Assembly (NCBI GenBank): GCA_002269645.1
Contig: NIVC01000100.1
Span: 950,208 to 1,014,207, forward strand
Origin: Macrostomum lignano
Taxonomy: Eukaryota
DNA: 64,000 nt
Direction: 5' to 3'
The position numbers and the translations under genes were made by a program. Positions 1 to 11,520 of this stretch are shown one piece after another. Below the pieces are notes generated by a model. The model was not told the DNA's origin. It did not search any database and saw nothing but the letters and a program-made list of their open reading frames with translations. Each line of letters begins with the position of its first letter. The first letter of the stretch is position 1.

Positions 1-48
1 GGTGGTGGCGGCGGTGGCGGCTCATCAAATAAACCACCGACGGTGTAA
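1..48 (+). CDS. 3' end of an upstream coding exon (GGGGGGGSSNKPPTV-stop)
   Basis: Frame +1 is open from base 1 to TAA at 46-48, followed by an AT-rich 3'UTR-like stretch with AATAAA near 145-155. Too short to identify. Confidence 0.4.
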   Translation, partial: GGGGGGGSSNKPPTV

Positions 49-305
49 AACATCAAAACTTTTATTAACTTGCTACTGCTTAAGTAATATGTTGTGCATA
101 GGAACCCAGTTTTAAATTTGTGTAATTGGTCAATTCAGTAGTAAAATAAATAAATAATGCCAATGGTAAACCCGCCTATTTACTTTTTCCTAAATTATTA
201 TGAAATACTAGTGTGATTTTCTTAAATTTTGTTCGTTTTTATTTATTGTCCTATGTAAACTGATTATCCTCTGTTTCAATAGGTTATTTGTTTCGACGCA
301 TGTAG

Positions 306-1105
306 TGGGTGGACACAGCTACCCCTTCAGTAATGGGCACAGTTACCACTTCAGTAATGGGCACAGTTACCACTTCAGTAATGGACACAGCTACCACTTC
401 AGTAATGGACACAGCTACCCCTTCAGTAATGGACACAGCTACCCCTTCAGTAATGGACACAGTTACCACTTCAGTAATGGACACAGCTACCACTTCAGTA
501 ATGGACACAGCTACCCCTTCAGTAATGGGCACAGTTACCACTTCAGTAATGGGCACAGTTACCACTTCAGTAATGGACACAGCTACCACTTCAGTAATGG
601 ACACAGCTACCCCTTCAGTAATGGGCACAGTTACCACTTCAGTAATGGACACAGTTACCACTTCAGTAATGGACACAGCTACCACTTCAGTAATGGACAC
701 AGCTACCACTTCAGTAATGGACACAGCTACCACTTCAGTAATGGACACAGCTACCACTTCAGTAATGGACACAGCTACCACCTTAGTAGTGGACACAGCT
801 ACCACTTCAGTAATGGACACAGCTACCACCTTAGTAGTGGACACAGCTACCACTTCAGTAATGGACACAGCTACCACTTCAGTAATGGACACAGCTACCA
901 CTTCAGTAATGGACACAGCTACCACTTCAGTAATGGACACAGCTACCACTTCAGTAATGGACACAGCTACCACTTCAGTAATGGACACAGCTACCACCTT
1001 AGTAGTGGACACAGCTACCACTTCAGTAATGGACACAGCTACCACTTCAGTAATGGACACAGCGTCCACTTCAGTAGCGACACAGCTACCACTTTAGTAA
1101 TGGAC
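306..1105. repeat. 24-bp minisatellite (ATGGACACAGCTACCACTTCAGTA)n, about 33 copies
   Basis: Direct reading. It explains ORFs 284..1069, 309..1097 and the N-terminal half of 305..1759. Confidence 0.95.
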
Positions 1106-1150
1106 ACAGTTACCCCTCCAGTGTACACAGCTCCTCTCATTCTGTTTCAG

Positions 1151-1759
1151 CCCGTCATCGCCCCCAACCCTCATTCGCCAACAAGCCGGCAATCGGCCCC
1201 TCGCCCTCACCTACGCAGCCTACTTGCCATTCTGTGCGTCAGCGGGGTCTCATTCCTACTAGCACTGAGCAGTCATCAGTCAGCAGTGTCGTCCAGTTCT
1301 GTCATGACATCGACAGCCTCCGAACCGAGCGAAGCCTCAATGGGCCAGTGCTCGCTGCCTGGCGACAGTCGCAAGCCGTCAATTTTCACTAAAATAATCC
1401 GCCGAGAAGTTCCGGCAAAGATTCTGTACGAAGACGAAATGGTAATTTCGTTTCTTGGCTTGCCGCAGAACCGCGTCACCCCTGTGCAGTTTCTTGTTGT
1501 GCCAAAGAAACAACTGGCCACGCTGGAGGAGGCGCACTCTTGCGATGAAGCTGCTCTGGGCCGAATGTTTACCGTTGCTAGTCTGGTTGCTAAGCAACAG
1601 GGAGTTACCAATGGTTACAGATTGGTTATTAATAATGGTAACGACTCTGGGCAAGAGGTGCCTCATCTACATATTCACGTGTTTGCGCTTAACGCCCAAA
1701 AAATAAAAAAATTGCGGAAAAGTGTCCTGTCAACTTGCAAAAAATTTGCCGTTTTTTGA
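1151..1759 (+). pseudogene. HINT: HINT-family histidine triad hydrolase, copy 1, C-terminus replaced
   Basis: Near-identical to copy 2 (offset 2384) up to GTTTGC at 1686. It has IFTKIIRREVPAKILYEDE and the HLHIHV triad, then diverges into unrelated AT-rich DNA and lacks GQPMSWPPG. In-frame ATG at 1304; candidate acceptor TTTCAG ends at 1150. Confidence 0.75.
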
Positions 1760-1849
1760 TTTTGAAGTACCGAAAATTACGCTTGAATTGCATTTTTTAA
1801 TTTTTTGCTTTTTTTATATTATAGATTTTTTATATTGCATCTTTCGCAA

Positions 1850-2100
1850 TTAAAACAATTTTCTTGAGTTTTCTTTGATTTAGGTGGTAATTAAATTACA
1901 ATTGATTTTTACATACTTTTCTGTTGCATTTTCTTTAATTTTTAATTGAAGTTATAATTCAATTACAATTGATTTGTAAAAACTATTTTGTTGCATTTTC
2001 TTCAATTGAAGTGGTTATAAAAGAAATTAATTTGTGAAAACTGTTTTGTTGCATTTACTTTAATTGAAGTGGTTATTAAATTACAATAATTTGTGAAGTA
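1850..2100. repeat. Degenerate AT-rich tandem repeat of about 58 bp (TTGCATTTTCTTTAATTGAAGTGGTTATTAAATTACAATTGATTTGT...)
   Basis: Four to five diverged copies are visible. Confidence 0.55.
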
Positions 2101-3343
2101 CAGCCTTCTTTGTAACAGTTATCTGATCCAACATTTTTTGAGTTGCCTTCATTTTAATTGATTCAAATTGCATTTTATTAAATAAATGTTGGATGCTGAA
2201 TGTTGAATATGCACCTTTTTTCACAATTCATACACAAAAGGCTCGACGCATCAGATCTTGGTATAGAGATAAAAATGACTAAAACTGTTTTAAATCTCAT
2301 CCAGCATAGCATGTTTTAATTTATAATGAAGAATTTCGATATCAGGATAAATGAATTATTAGACAGAAAAGGTTGGAATTATTCATGTTTCCTTGAGTAT
2401 GCATGCTGAAATTTAGTTTTATCCTAACATTTATCGCTTTGGCCTAAAGTACAATTAATCCCAGATGACAATAAAAAGCTAAATAAAAACACATTTCGTT
2501 AAAATTAATGTAGTAGTTGGCTCAGGAAGAATGGAATAAAGTATTTATCAAAATTATAGTGTTTAAACTATGGTATAATAGCTTATCATTATTAAGATAC
2601 TATGTAACAGTGATTATTATTATAATAGAAGTATTTTTATCTTGTTATAATCAGGGGCAGACAAAATCAGACAAAACAAAAATGCAACATCATTTTTTGA
2701 TGGATCAGTTTTAATTAGATGAATATTCGTTAGTTATTTTAGATTCGGAGTGTGTAGGAAGTTATTTAGGTTTTAATGGGACGTTACCAACAATGAGAAC
2801 AAGAACGATTGTTGCATAAATTGTTTGTTAATTACAAATGTATGTAAAGGGAAAAACAGACATTCATGTTAAGTAATGCATAGATACTACGAGTAGTCTG
2901 TTGCATTTTTGCAAAGAAGATATTCCATTTTGGAATATGAGATAGGAGAAATGTTATAATATTGCTACAGACAATTGAAAGTAAAGTAAATATATATTTA
3001 TCTCCAGGCAGCTGACCTTTTTGTATTGTACTTTGAAGTTCCTATTCTTTAAATTAAAGTGTTTATCTATTAGAAAATCCTTAGGTAGTCAATATCTTTT
3101 AGCTTTCCCATCATGTTCATTAGTAGTATTAATGGTGCTTTTTCAATCCTAGCATTGTGGCCAGTGAAAAATTTATCAGCAATGACAAAAGCCCATGATT
3201 TACTCTGACTGAAGTATTCTATTTATAAATGCTAATCATATAATACATTCATTTCCTGTTAGAAATCTTCCAGACTTGGTTAGCTGATATTTAAAAAGGG
3301 TTAGACTAATTTGATAACGTTCGTGCGCTCTAGATTTTAAGTC

Positions 3344-3510
3344 CACAGTTATCCCTTCAGTGGACACAGTTGCCCCTCAGTAGACACAGCTGCCCCTCCA
3401 GCGTACATAGCTGCCCCTTCAGTGGACACAGTTGCCCCTCAGTGGACACAGCTGCCCCTCCAGCGTACACAGCTTCCCCTTCAGTGGACACAGTTACCCC
3501 TCCAGTGTAC
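3344..3510. repeat. Imperfect 20-21-bp repeat (GGACACAGTTGCCCCTCAGT), related to the 24-bp array at 306-1105
   Basis: Shares the GGACACAG(C/T)T core and sits at the same position relative to HINT copy 2. Confidence 0.85.
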
Positions 3511-3534
3511 ACAGCTCCTCTCATCGTGTTTCAG

Positions 3535-4107
3535 CCCGTCATCGCCCCCAACCCTCATTCGCCAACAAGCCGGCAATCGGCCCCTCGCCCTCACCTACGC
3601 AGCCTACTTGCCATTCTGTGCGTCAGCGGGGTCTCATTCCTACTAGCACTGAGCAGTCATCAGTCAGCAGTGTCGTCCAGTTCTGTCATGACATCGACAG
3701 CCTCCGAACCGAGCGAAGCCTCAATGGGCCAGTGCTCGCTGCCTGGCGACAGTCGCAAGCCGTCAATTTTCACTAAAATAATCCGCCGAGAAGTTCCGGC
3801 AAAGATTCTGTACGAAGACGAAATGGTAATTTCGTTTCTTGGCTTGCCGCAGAACCGCGTCACCCCTGTGCAGTTTCTCGTTGTGCCAAAGAAACAACTG
3901 GCCACGCTGGAGGAGGCGCACTCTTGCGATGAAGCTGCTCTGGGCCGAATGTTTACCGTTGCTAGTCTGGTTGCTAAGCAACAGGGAGTTACCAATGGTT
4001 ACAGATTGGTTATTAATAATGGTAACGACTCTGGGCAAGAGGTGCCTCATCTGCATATTCATGTGTTTGCTGGACAACCTATGAGTTGGCCACCTGGCAC
4101 TGACTAA
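3535..4107 (+). CDS. HINT: HINT-family (HINT1/HINT2-like) histidine triad nucleotide-binding protein, copy 2, complete C-terminus
   Basis: IFTKIIRREVPAKILYEDE...FLVVPKK...GYRLVINNGNDSGQEVPHLHIHVFAGQPMSWPPG matches the HINT fold and the WPPG terminus. First ATG is at 3688 (139 aa); the frame is open upstream to an acceptor ending at 3534. AATAAA near 4173. Confidence 0.9.
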   Translation, partial: PVIAPNPHSPTSRQSAPRPHLRSLLAILCVSGVSFLLALSSHQSAVSSSSVMTSTASEPSEASMGQCSLPGDSRKPSIFTKIIRREVPAKILYEDEMVISFLGLPQNRVTPVQFLVVPKKQLATLEEAHSCDEAALGRMFTVASLVAKQQGVTNGYRLVINNGNDSGQEVPHLHIHVFAGQPMSWPPGTD

Positions 4108-4356
4108 TTAAAGTTAGCGATTGTCGATCTCCTCGCTGGAGTACATTTAAAAAACTTTCAATTGTATAATGAAATAAAGTCTTCTATTGAAGCCAAATAG
4201 CCTGCCTTTGATTGGAAATATATGCTCGTATATATCGATTATTTTATTTTTGTGCGTCTTCAGTAAACTAGTACAAATAAACGCTTTTTGCTTCTTTTTA
4301 ATTCGATTCATAGTTTTACCGGAAATTTCCCGGAAAGTATGTTAGTGTTCAATAAA

Positions 4357-4788
4357 AGTTCAAGACGATTCTCACTGAAGTGCAAGACGATTCTCACTAT
4401 AGCTCAAGACGATTCTCACTATAGTTCACGACGATTCTCACTATAGTTCACGACGATTCTCACTATAGTTCACGACGATTCTCACTATAGTTCACGACGA
4501 CTCTCACTGAAGTGCAAGACGATTCTCACTATAGTTCACGACGATTCTCACTATAGTTCACGACGATTCTCACTATAGTTCACGACGATTCTCACTATAG
4601 TTCACGACGACTCTCACTGAAGTGCAAGACGATTCTCACTATAGTTCACGACGATTCTCACTATAGTTCACGACGATTCTCACTATAGTTCACGACGATT
4701 CTCACTATAGTTCACGACGACTCTCACTGAAGTGCAAGACGATTCTCAATATAGTTCAAGACGATTCTCAATATTGTTCAGGACGATT
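4357..4788. repeat. 22-bp minisatellite (AGTTCACGACGATTCTCACTAT)n with periodic variant units
   Basis: Direct reading; about 19-20 copies with no spacers. Confidence 0.95.
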
Positions 4789-4977
4789 CGGTTAAAGTTT
4801 GTGGCAAATCTCTGTAAAATGTTTTTTCAAAGCGATTCTTAGAAATAAATATTTGATAACTATTCTAAGTCTACACTACGTTTTGACGTCATTTTTACAG
4901 CTTACATATCAACTTTGTCTTTTGCTGATCATTGATCGTTAAAAAGCTTGAAAAGAACTTCGGGTATTTTAAAGAGA

Positions 4978-6042
4978 ATGTTTTGTCGCATCTACCAACG
5001 CTGCCACCATTCTACTCAACCGTTTGCTTTGCTGCAACACTTTGCAAGCAAATCGTTGCCTATTAATTTCTATAATTGCGCCGCTACAAGTGTTTATGCT
5101 ACTACTAGCCTGAGTTGTTTGACTCAATCTTGCGCTATTCATCGACGTCAATTGTCGCAGGCTTCTCTAACTGATCAGTCATCAGAAAGTAAACAATTGC
5201 TTTCACACCAGCAACAGTCCAAGCCGAAACTGCATTGGACTGAAGAGTTTCGCATTCGATCGCCGAAGGTTCCACTGAGTAGACTGCAGGACGAGCCAGT
5301 TGTAGCCATAGACATTGAAAGCGACGCCTTCAACGATAGACGGATAGCATTTCTATTGCGTCGGGGCATTTTAAAAGTTCCGCTGCATCCGAGAATGCGC
5401 GGTCTAGGCAAGATACTTAGCTATTGCGGTTTGTTTAGCCTGCCCTACTTGATGTTCTGCAAATGGGCTGGCGGTACACCTTTGCTTGGCGAGATGACCA
5501 CTTATGCTATTCCAGCTGCAGTAGCTGGCGTCTGTATTGGCTACCTTGGCATCAATCTAGCCTTAGAGAAGGCCTATCTTGCTAATAGAATCTATTCGAT
5601 AGCATTAGACGAAAATGATCCAACAATGGTTTATATTAGCACCTTGCCTGCTGGCGGTTGGCTTCACGGACAGCATCGCAGCTACGTGACTACTATTGAT
5701 AATATCGTAGTGGACACCGAAAATGCCAATAGAAATTGGGCTAAGCTGAGCTTCAAAGCTGGCGGCGAAGGTCTGTCATTCTCTTTGCCGATAAGCAAAC
5801 GAAAATGTTTTGTAGTCGATGGCAGGGCAATGTCGGCGTTCACCTCGGCAATCTGGTCGTCTAGTTCGGCTGCATCGGCGGCTAAGCTGTCGGACATGCG
5901 CGGCTTCGATCAGGTGTCCTTGCCGAATGAACGGGAAATTGATCGTCACCTTGACAGTTTGATGACTCCTGAAAATGCCAGTCAGTCGAGTGAGAAGTCT
6001 GACGATTCTAATCAGAATAAGAAACAGAAATCCACTGCTTGA
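4978..6042 (+). CDS. Intronless putative mitochondrial inner-membrane protein, TMEM186/TMEM70-like
   Basis: ATG at 4978. The N-terminus is Arg/Ser/Gln-rich with no acidic residues, like a presequence. Two hydrophobic segments are followed by LANRIYSIALDENDPTMVYISTL, which resembles the TMEM186 post-TM region as I recall it. Family call is by eye. Confidence 0.55.
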   Translation: MFCRIYQRCHHSTQPFALLQHFASKSLPINFYNCAATSVYATTSLSCLTQSCAIHRRQLSQASLTDQSSESKQLLSHQQQSKPKLHWTEEFRIRSPKVPLSRLQDEPVVAIDIESDAFNDRRIAFLLRRGILKVPLHPRMRGLGKILSYCGLFSLPYLMFCKWAGGTPLLGEMTTYAIPAAVAGVCIGYLGINLALEKAYLANRIYSIALDENDPTMVYISTLPAGGWLHGQHRSYVTTIDNIVVDTENANRNWAKLSFKAGGEGLSFSLPISKRKCFVVDGRAMSAFTSAIWSSSSAASAAKLSDMRGFDQVSLPNEREIDRHLDSLMTPENASQSSEKSDDSNQNKKQKSTA

Positions 6043-6266
6043 ATAATGGCGCGATTGTACACTCGTATACGCAGAATTTCATAGCTTAGTATAACAACCG
6101 TCTGAGCACCATTGTTAGTAGGATTGCGTCACATCTACTTTAATTATTTTATCATCGAGACTTGTATAATAAAAGCATCCTTTCTGTCAGTTGAGCAGAG
6201 TTGCTCATGATTCAACTCGTGCCCATCGTCGCACAACCATACGCACGCCATACATATATACACTAG

Positions 6267-6724
6267 TATTGGTTTTGTCAGCCTAACTGAGAGTGGGGCC
6301 ATCCAAAGTGAGAATCCTGCCTACGCTGACTGCGAAGGGCCTGGCTGCGTGCAGCCTTAGTCTATGGGCCATAGACAATAAAGGACAAGCAAAGTGATAA
6401 AAAGCCATCCAATGTGAGAATCCTGCCTACGCTGAATACGAAGGGCCTAGCTGCGTCCAGCCTAGTCTATGAGCCATAGACTATAAAGGATAAGCTAGGA
6501 TTGGCTAGTCATATGGCTCAGAAGCTCAGAAGGTATAAAAATAAAAGAATACGACGCATAGACCAATCGATTCTCACATTGGATGGCTTTTTATCACTTT
6601 GCTTGTCCTTTATTGTCTATGGCCCATAGACTAAGGCTGCACGCAGCCAGGCCCTTCGCAGTCAGCGTGGGCGGGATTCTCACTTTGGATGGCTTTGTTC
6701 TCAGTTAGGCTGACAAAAGCAATA
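6267..6724. mobile_element. Foldback/MITE-like element with inverted arms of about 156 bp
   Basis: 6267-6422 is the near-perfect reverse complement of 6569-6724, with a diverged direct copy of the subunit inside. No clear TSD. Confidence 0.8.
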
Positions 6725-7190
6725 TCTTTTTACCGCTAAAAAACTCTTGAAACTAAATTGAGTCAAGAACAGTGGCTCTGAACCTGCCAGATGCAACCTT
6801 TCATAACCCAGTGTTGATAACTCAACCGTATTTACTATAATTGATCAGTGAATTAGTTGATAAAAAATCATCCAGCTTAGAACCATGCGTTATAAAAACT
6901 ATAGTTTACCTTGCTTAAGTTTCTGTCGCCTGTACAGGTAAAAAAGTTCTGCTAACACGTTTTGTGTCTAGCTCCACCGTAAGGTTAACGTTACTGATGT
7001 TTGCAAATAATAAAGTTGTTAAAACACTGTTAAAGTTTGAATTATCTAAATACACGGTCATTTTAAAGCTTGCTTTAAAAATTTAAATTTCTTTTCAAAG
7101 TTTTTCAAATTTATCTGTCATATTTGTTATTCACGATATGCTTTCTAATTTAGCAGATAGAAATATATAGGAATTTATTCACTAGTTTGG

Positions 7191-9349
7191 GACTGACTGA
7201 CTGACTGACTGACTGACTGACTGACTGACTGACTGACCTGAGTGAGTGGGTGACTGACTGACTGACTGACTGACTGACTGACTGACCTGAGTGAGTGGGT
7301 GACTGACTGACTGACTGACTGACTGACTGACTGACTGACTGACTGACTGACTGACTGACTGACTGACTGACTGACTGACTGACTGACTGACTGACTGACT
7401 GACTGACCTGAGTGAGTGGGTGACTGACTGACTGACTGACTGACTGACTGACTGACTGACTGACTGACCTGAGTGAGTGGGTGGGTGACTGACTGACTGA
7501 CTGACTGACTGACTGACTGACTGACTGACTGACTGACTGACCTGAGTGAGTGGGTGACTGACTGACTGACTGACTGACTGACTGACTGACTGACTGACTG
7601 ACTGACTGACTGACTGACTGACCTGAGTGAGTGGGTGACTGACTGACTGACTGACTGACTGACTGACTGACTGACTGACCTGAGTGAGTGGGTGACTGAC
7701 TGACTGACTGACTGACTGACTGACTGACTGACTGACTGACTGACTGACTGACTGACTGACTGACCTGAGTGAGTGGGTGACTGACTGACTGACTGACTGA
7801 CTGACTGACTGACTGACTGACTGACTGACTGACTGACTGACCTGAGTGAGTGGGTGGGTGACTGACTGACTGACTGACTGACTGACTGACTGACCTGAGT
7901 GAGTGGGTGACTGACTGACTGACTGACTGACTGACTGACTGACTGACTGACTGACTGACTGACTGACTGACTGACTGACTGACTGACTGACTGACTGACC
8001 TGAGTGAGTGGGTGACTGACTGACTGACTGACTGACTGACTGACTGACTGACTGACTGACTGACTGACTGACTGACTGACCTGAGTGAGTGGGTGACTGA
8101 CTGACTGACCGACTGACTGACTGACTGACTGACTGACTGACTGACTGACCTGAGTGAGTGGGTGACTGACTGACTGACTGACTGACTGACTGACTGACTG
8201 ACTGACTGACTGACTGACTGACTGACTGACTGACTGACCTGAGTGACTGACTGACTGACTGACTGACTGACTGACTGACTGACTGACTGACTGACTGACT
8301 GACTGACTGACTGACTGACTGACTGACTGACTGACTGACTGACTGACCTGAGTGAGTGGGTGACTGACTGACTGACTGACTGACTGACTGACTGACTGAC
8401 TGACTGACTGACTGACTGACTGACTGACTGACTGACCTGAGTGAGTGGGTGACTGACTGACTGACTGACTGACTGACTGACTGACTGACTGACTGACTGA
8501 CTGACTGACTGACTGACTGACTGACTGACTGACTGACTGACTGACTGACTGACCTGAGTGAGTGGGTGACTGACTGACTGACTGACTGACTGACTGACTG
8601 ACTGACTGACTGACTGACTGACTGACTGACTGACCTGAGTGAGTGGGTGACTGACTGACTGACTGACTGACTGACTGACTGACTGACTGACTGACTGACT
8701 GACTGACTGACTGACCTGAGTGAGTGGGTGGGTGACTGACTGACTGACTGACTGACTGACTGACTGACCTGAGTGAGTGGGTGACTGACTGACTGACTGA
8801 CTGACTGACTGACTGACTGACTGACTGACTGACTGACTGACTGACTGACTGACTGACTGACTGACTGACTGACTGACTGACTGACTGACTGACCTGAGTG
8901 AGTGGGTGACTGACTGACTGACCGACTGACTGACTGACTGACTGACTGACTGACTGACTGACCTGAGTGAGTGGGTGACTGACTGACCGACTGACTGACT
9001 GACTGACTGACTGACTGACTGACTGACCTGAGTGAGTGGGTGACTGACTGACTGACTGACTGACTGACTGACTGACTGACTGACTGACTGACTGACTGAC
9101 TGACTGACTGACTGACTGACTGACTGACTGACTGACCTGAGTGACTGACTGACTGACTGACTGACTGACTGACTGACTGACTGACTGACTGACTGACCTG
9201 AGTGAGTGGGTGGGTGGGTGACTGACTGACTGACTGACTGACTGACTGACTGACTGACTGACCTGAGTGAGTGGGTGGGTGACTGACTGACTGACTGACT
9301 GACTGACTGACTGACTGACTGACTGACTGACTGACTGACTGACTGACTG
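7191..9349. repeat. 2.15-kb (GACT)n microsatellite punctuated by CCTGAGTGAGTGGGT
   Basis: Direct reading; explains ORF 7182..9383. Confidence 0.98.
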
Positions 9350-9393
9350 CTCTGCTCAGAGTCTCAGAGCTTGGACTGTTCAACAGTGGAAGT

Positions 9394-9574
9394 TTATTTA
9401 CAAATCGATCTAAAGTACACTAGTAGCCAGTCTATTTTCGATTCAGAGTCAATTTTGTTGAGGTTGTAGGCTTGGTCACGCTTGCTTTGGAGGAGCTCGT
9501 CAGCTGCAGGCTCGCGGCATGCCTGATCAAACAGAATGCAGCCGAATCCGTCTTCCCTGTCTTGTCTTGTATTT
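9394..9574 (-). CDS. Possible terminal exon of an unidentified minus-strand gene
   Basis: Minus-strand acceptor TTTTCTCATTTAG precedes an open frame (..DREDGFGCILFDQACREPAADELLQSKRDQ..) ending in TAA overlapping AATAAA. No homology recognised. Confidence 0.25.
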
Positions 9575-10130
9575 CTAAATGAGAAAATCGTGTACTGTGC
9601 TCTGAATGCTTTAATATTGAAAGTTGGACTTTTTGAAACTATCACTAATTACACAGGCAATCTTGTCTTGGTAGAACTGTCAGTGAAAGGCGTTATTGTA
9701 ATCTTTTTTGGGTGGAAATTTCGGATTTTAATTTCGGACGCTTTTTGTTAACCATTAATTAATTGACAGACATTTGCACCTGTCTAATTTAGAAATAGTT
9801 CTTTCTATTATTAGTATTTTTACCAGATTGATTTCCAAAGAATTACGGACAGAATCGTCAAAGAATGAATTAATTACTTAGATTGGCAAGTGAAGCTTGT
9901 CAAAAATTGTAAGTTGTAATTGTTAGTTTGTATCTACTAGCCATGATGCTTGTTTCAAAAATACAAGCAAATACAAGATCGGCCTAAACTTCAAGCTGTC
10001 GGATGGTCGGTACAGATAGCTGCCCTTGACTAAAGTCTTTGATCGTCGATAATATTTTTGTAGCCTACAAGTATAAAAGCTAACCAAGTTCTACAGTGCC
10101 ATTTCCTGTCGAGCGACGCCAAACACAAAG

Positions 10131-10615
10131 TCAGTAGGACAGTCTGGGCCATAGACTATCATCCCGCTTGATTAAGTCAGTACCAGTTGGACTGTCCAGG
10201 CCATAGACTATCCTCCCCGTTTGATTAAGTCAGTACCAGTTGGACTGTCCAGGCCATAGACTATCCTCCCCGTTTGATTAAGTCAGTACCAGTTGGACTG
10301 TCCAGGCCATAGACTATCCTCCCCGTTTGATTAAGTCAGTACCAGTTGGGCTGTCTAGGCCATAGACTATCCTCCCCGTTTGATTAAGTCAGTACCAGTT
10401 GGGCTGTCTAGGCCATAGACTATCCTCCCCGTTTGATTAAGTCAGTACCAGTTGGGCTGTCTAGGCCATAGACTATCCTCCCCGTTTGATTAAGTCAGTG
10501 GGACTGTCTTGGCCACAAGCTATCAACCCCGTTTGATTAAGTCAGTACCAGTTGGGCTGTCTAGGCCATAGACTATCCTCCCGTTTGATTAAGTCAGTAG
10601 GACAGTCTGGGCCAT
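10131..10615. repeat. 53-bp tandem repeat (GGCCATAGACTATCCTCCCCGTTTGATTAAGTCAGTACCAGTTGGACTGTCCA)n
   Basis: Period 53 (10199 to 10252); about 9 copies. Confidence 0.95.
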
Positions 10616-11105
10616 AATTTATTATTGGTAATTGATGGATGAAGCAAATAGCAAGTAAAATTATATGCTGGAAGATTTTCGTACTAAGTTGACCCCGGAT
10701 TGTTACCGATTTCTTTTCGGAATAATGAGTATAGAGCTGATCGGATTATGGAGGCAGGGAAAATTCTGTCCTGAAAGCCTAGCTAATTGATGTCTCTTTA
10801 ATGAAGAGTCTTTTTGTCACAGATTCTCTCGTCTAATCAAGTAAAAAAGACAAGATTGCATTTACTTTAGAATTTTGCTCGGGTAAGCACCAAGCTTTGA
10901 GTTAGATCTTTTGTTTCTGTGGCGTTTTTGTGGGCTAATTGCTAATTTTTTTGCTTAGTAGCGATTCTCTTTTGAGCTGAACTCATCAAGCGCATTAATA
11001 CAGTCAGATGGGCGTGCAACGGAAAACTGTGTTCCTTCTTTGCAGTTTAATGCTAATTATTTTAGCAATTCCAATGTCTTTGGGCGTGCAAAATTGCTGC
11101 GATTG

Positions 11106-11520
11106 TGTTGCTAGGTTGCTGTTAGTTACCGTTGCTAGGTTGCTGTTAGTTACCGTTGCTAGGTTGCTGTTAGTTACCGTTGCTAGGTTGCTGTTAGTTA
11201 CCGTTGCTATGTTGCTGTTAGTTACCGTTTCTAAGGTGCTGTTACTGTTTCTTAGGGTTTTGTTAGTTACCGTTGCTGGGGCGCTGTTAATTATCGTTGC
11301 TAAGTGAGTTAGCTATTAATTACGGTTGCTAAGGGAGCTGTTATTTACTGTTTCTAACGGAGCTGTTATTTACCGTTGCTAAGGTAGCTGTTAATCACTG
11401 TTGCTATTTATAAGTTGCTGTTAGTTACCATTGCTAGGGAGCTGTTAGTTACCGCTGTTAGGTTATTGTTTACCAGGTATCATTGCTGTGGTAACTCACC
11501 CGTTGCTAGAGTACGTTAGC
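11106..11520. repeat. 24-bp repeat (GTTGCTAGGTTGCTGTTAGTTACC)n, decaying rightwards
   Basis: Direct reading; explains ORF 11008..11307. Confidence 0.9.

Noticed and set aside
4357-4788. CRISPR-like appearance of the 22-bp array (also the 53-bp, 38-bp and 47-bp hairpin arrays)
   Set aside because: Units are head-to-tail with no unique spacers, no cas genes are present, and the context is eukaryotic.
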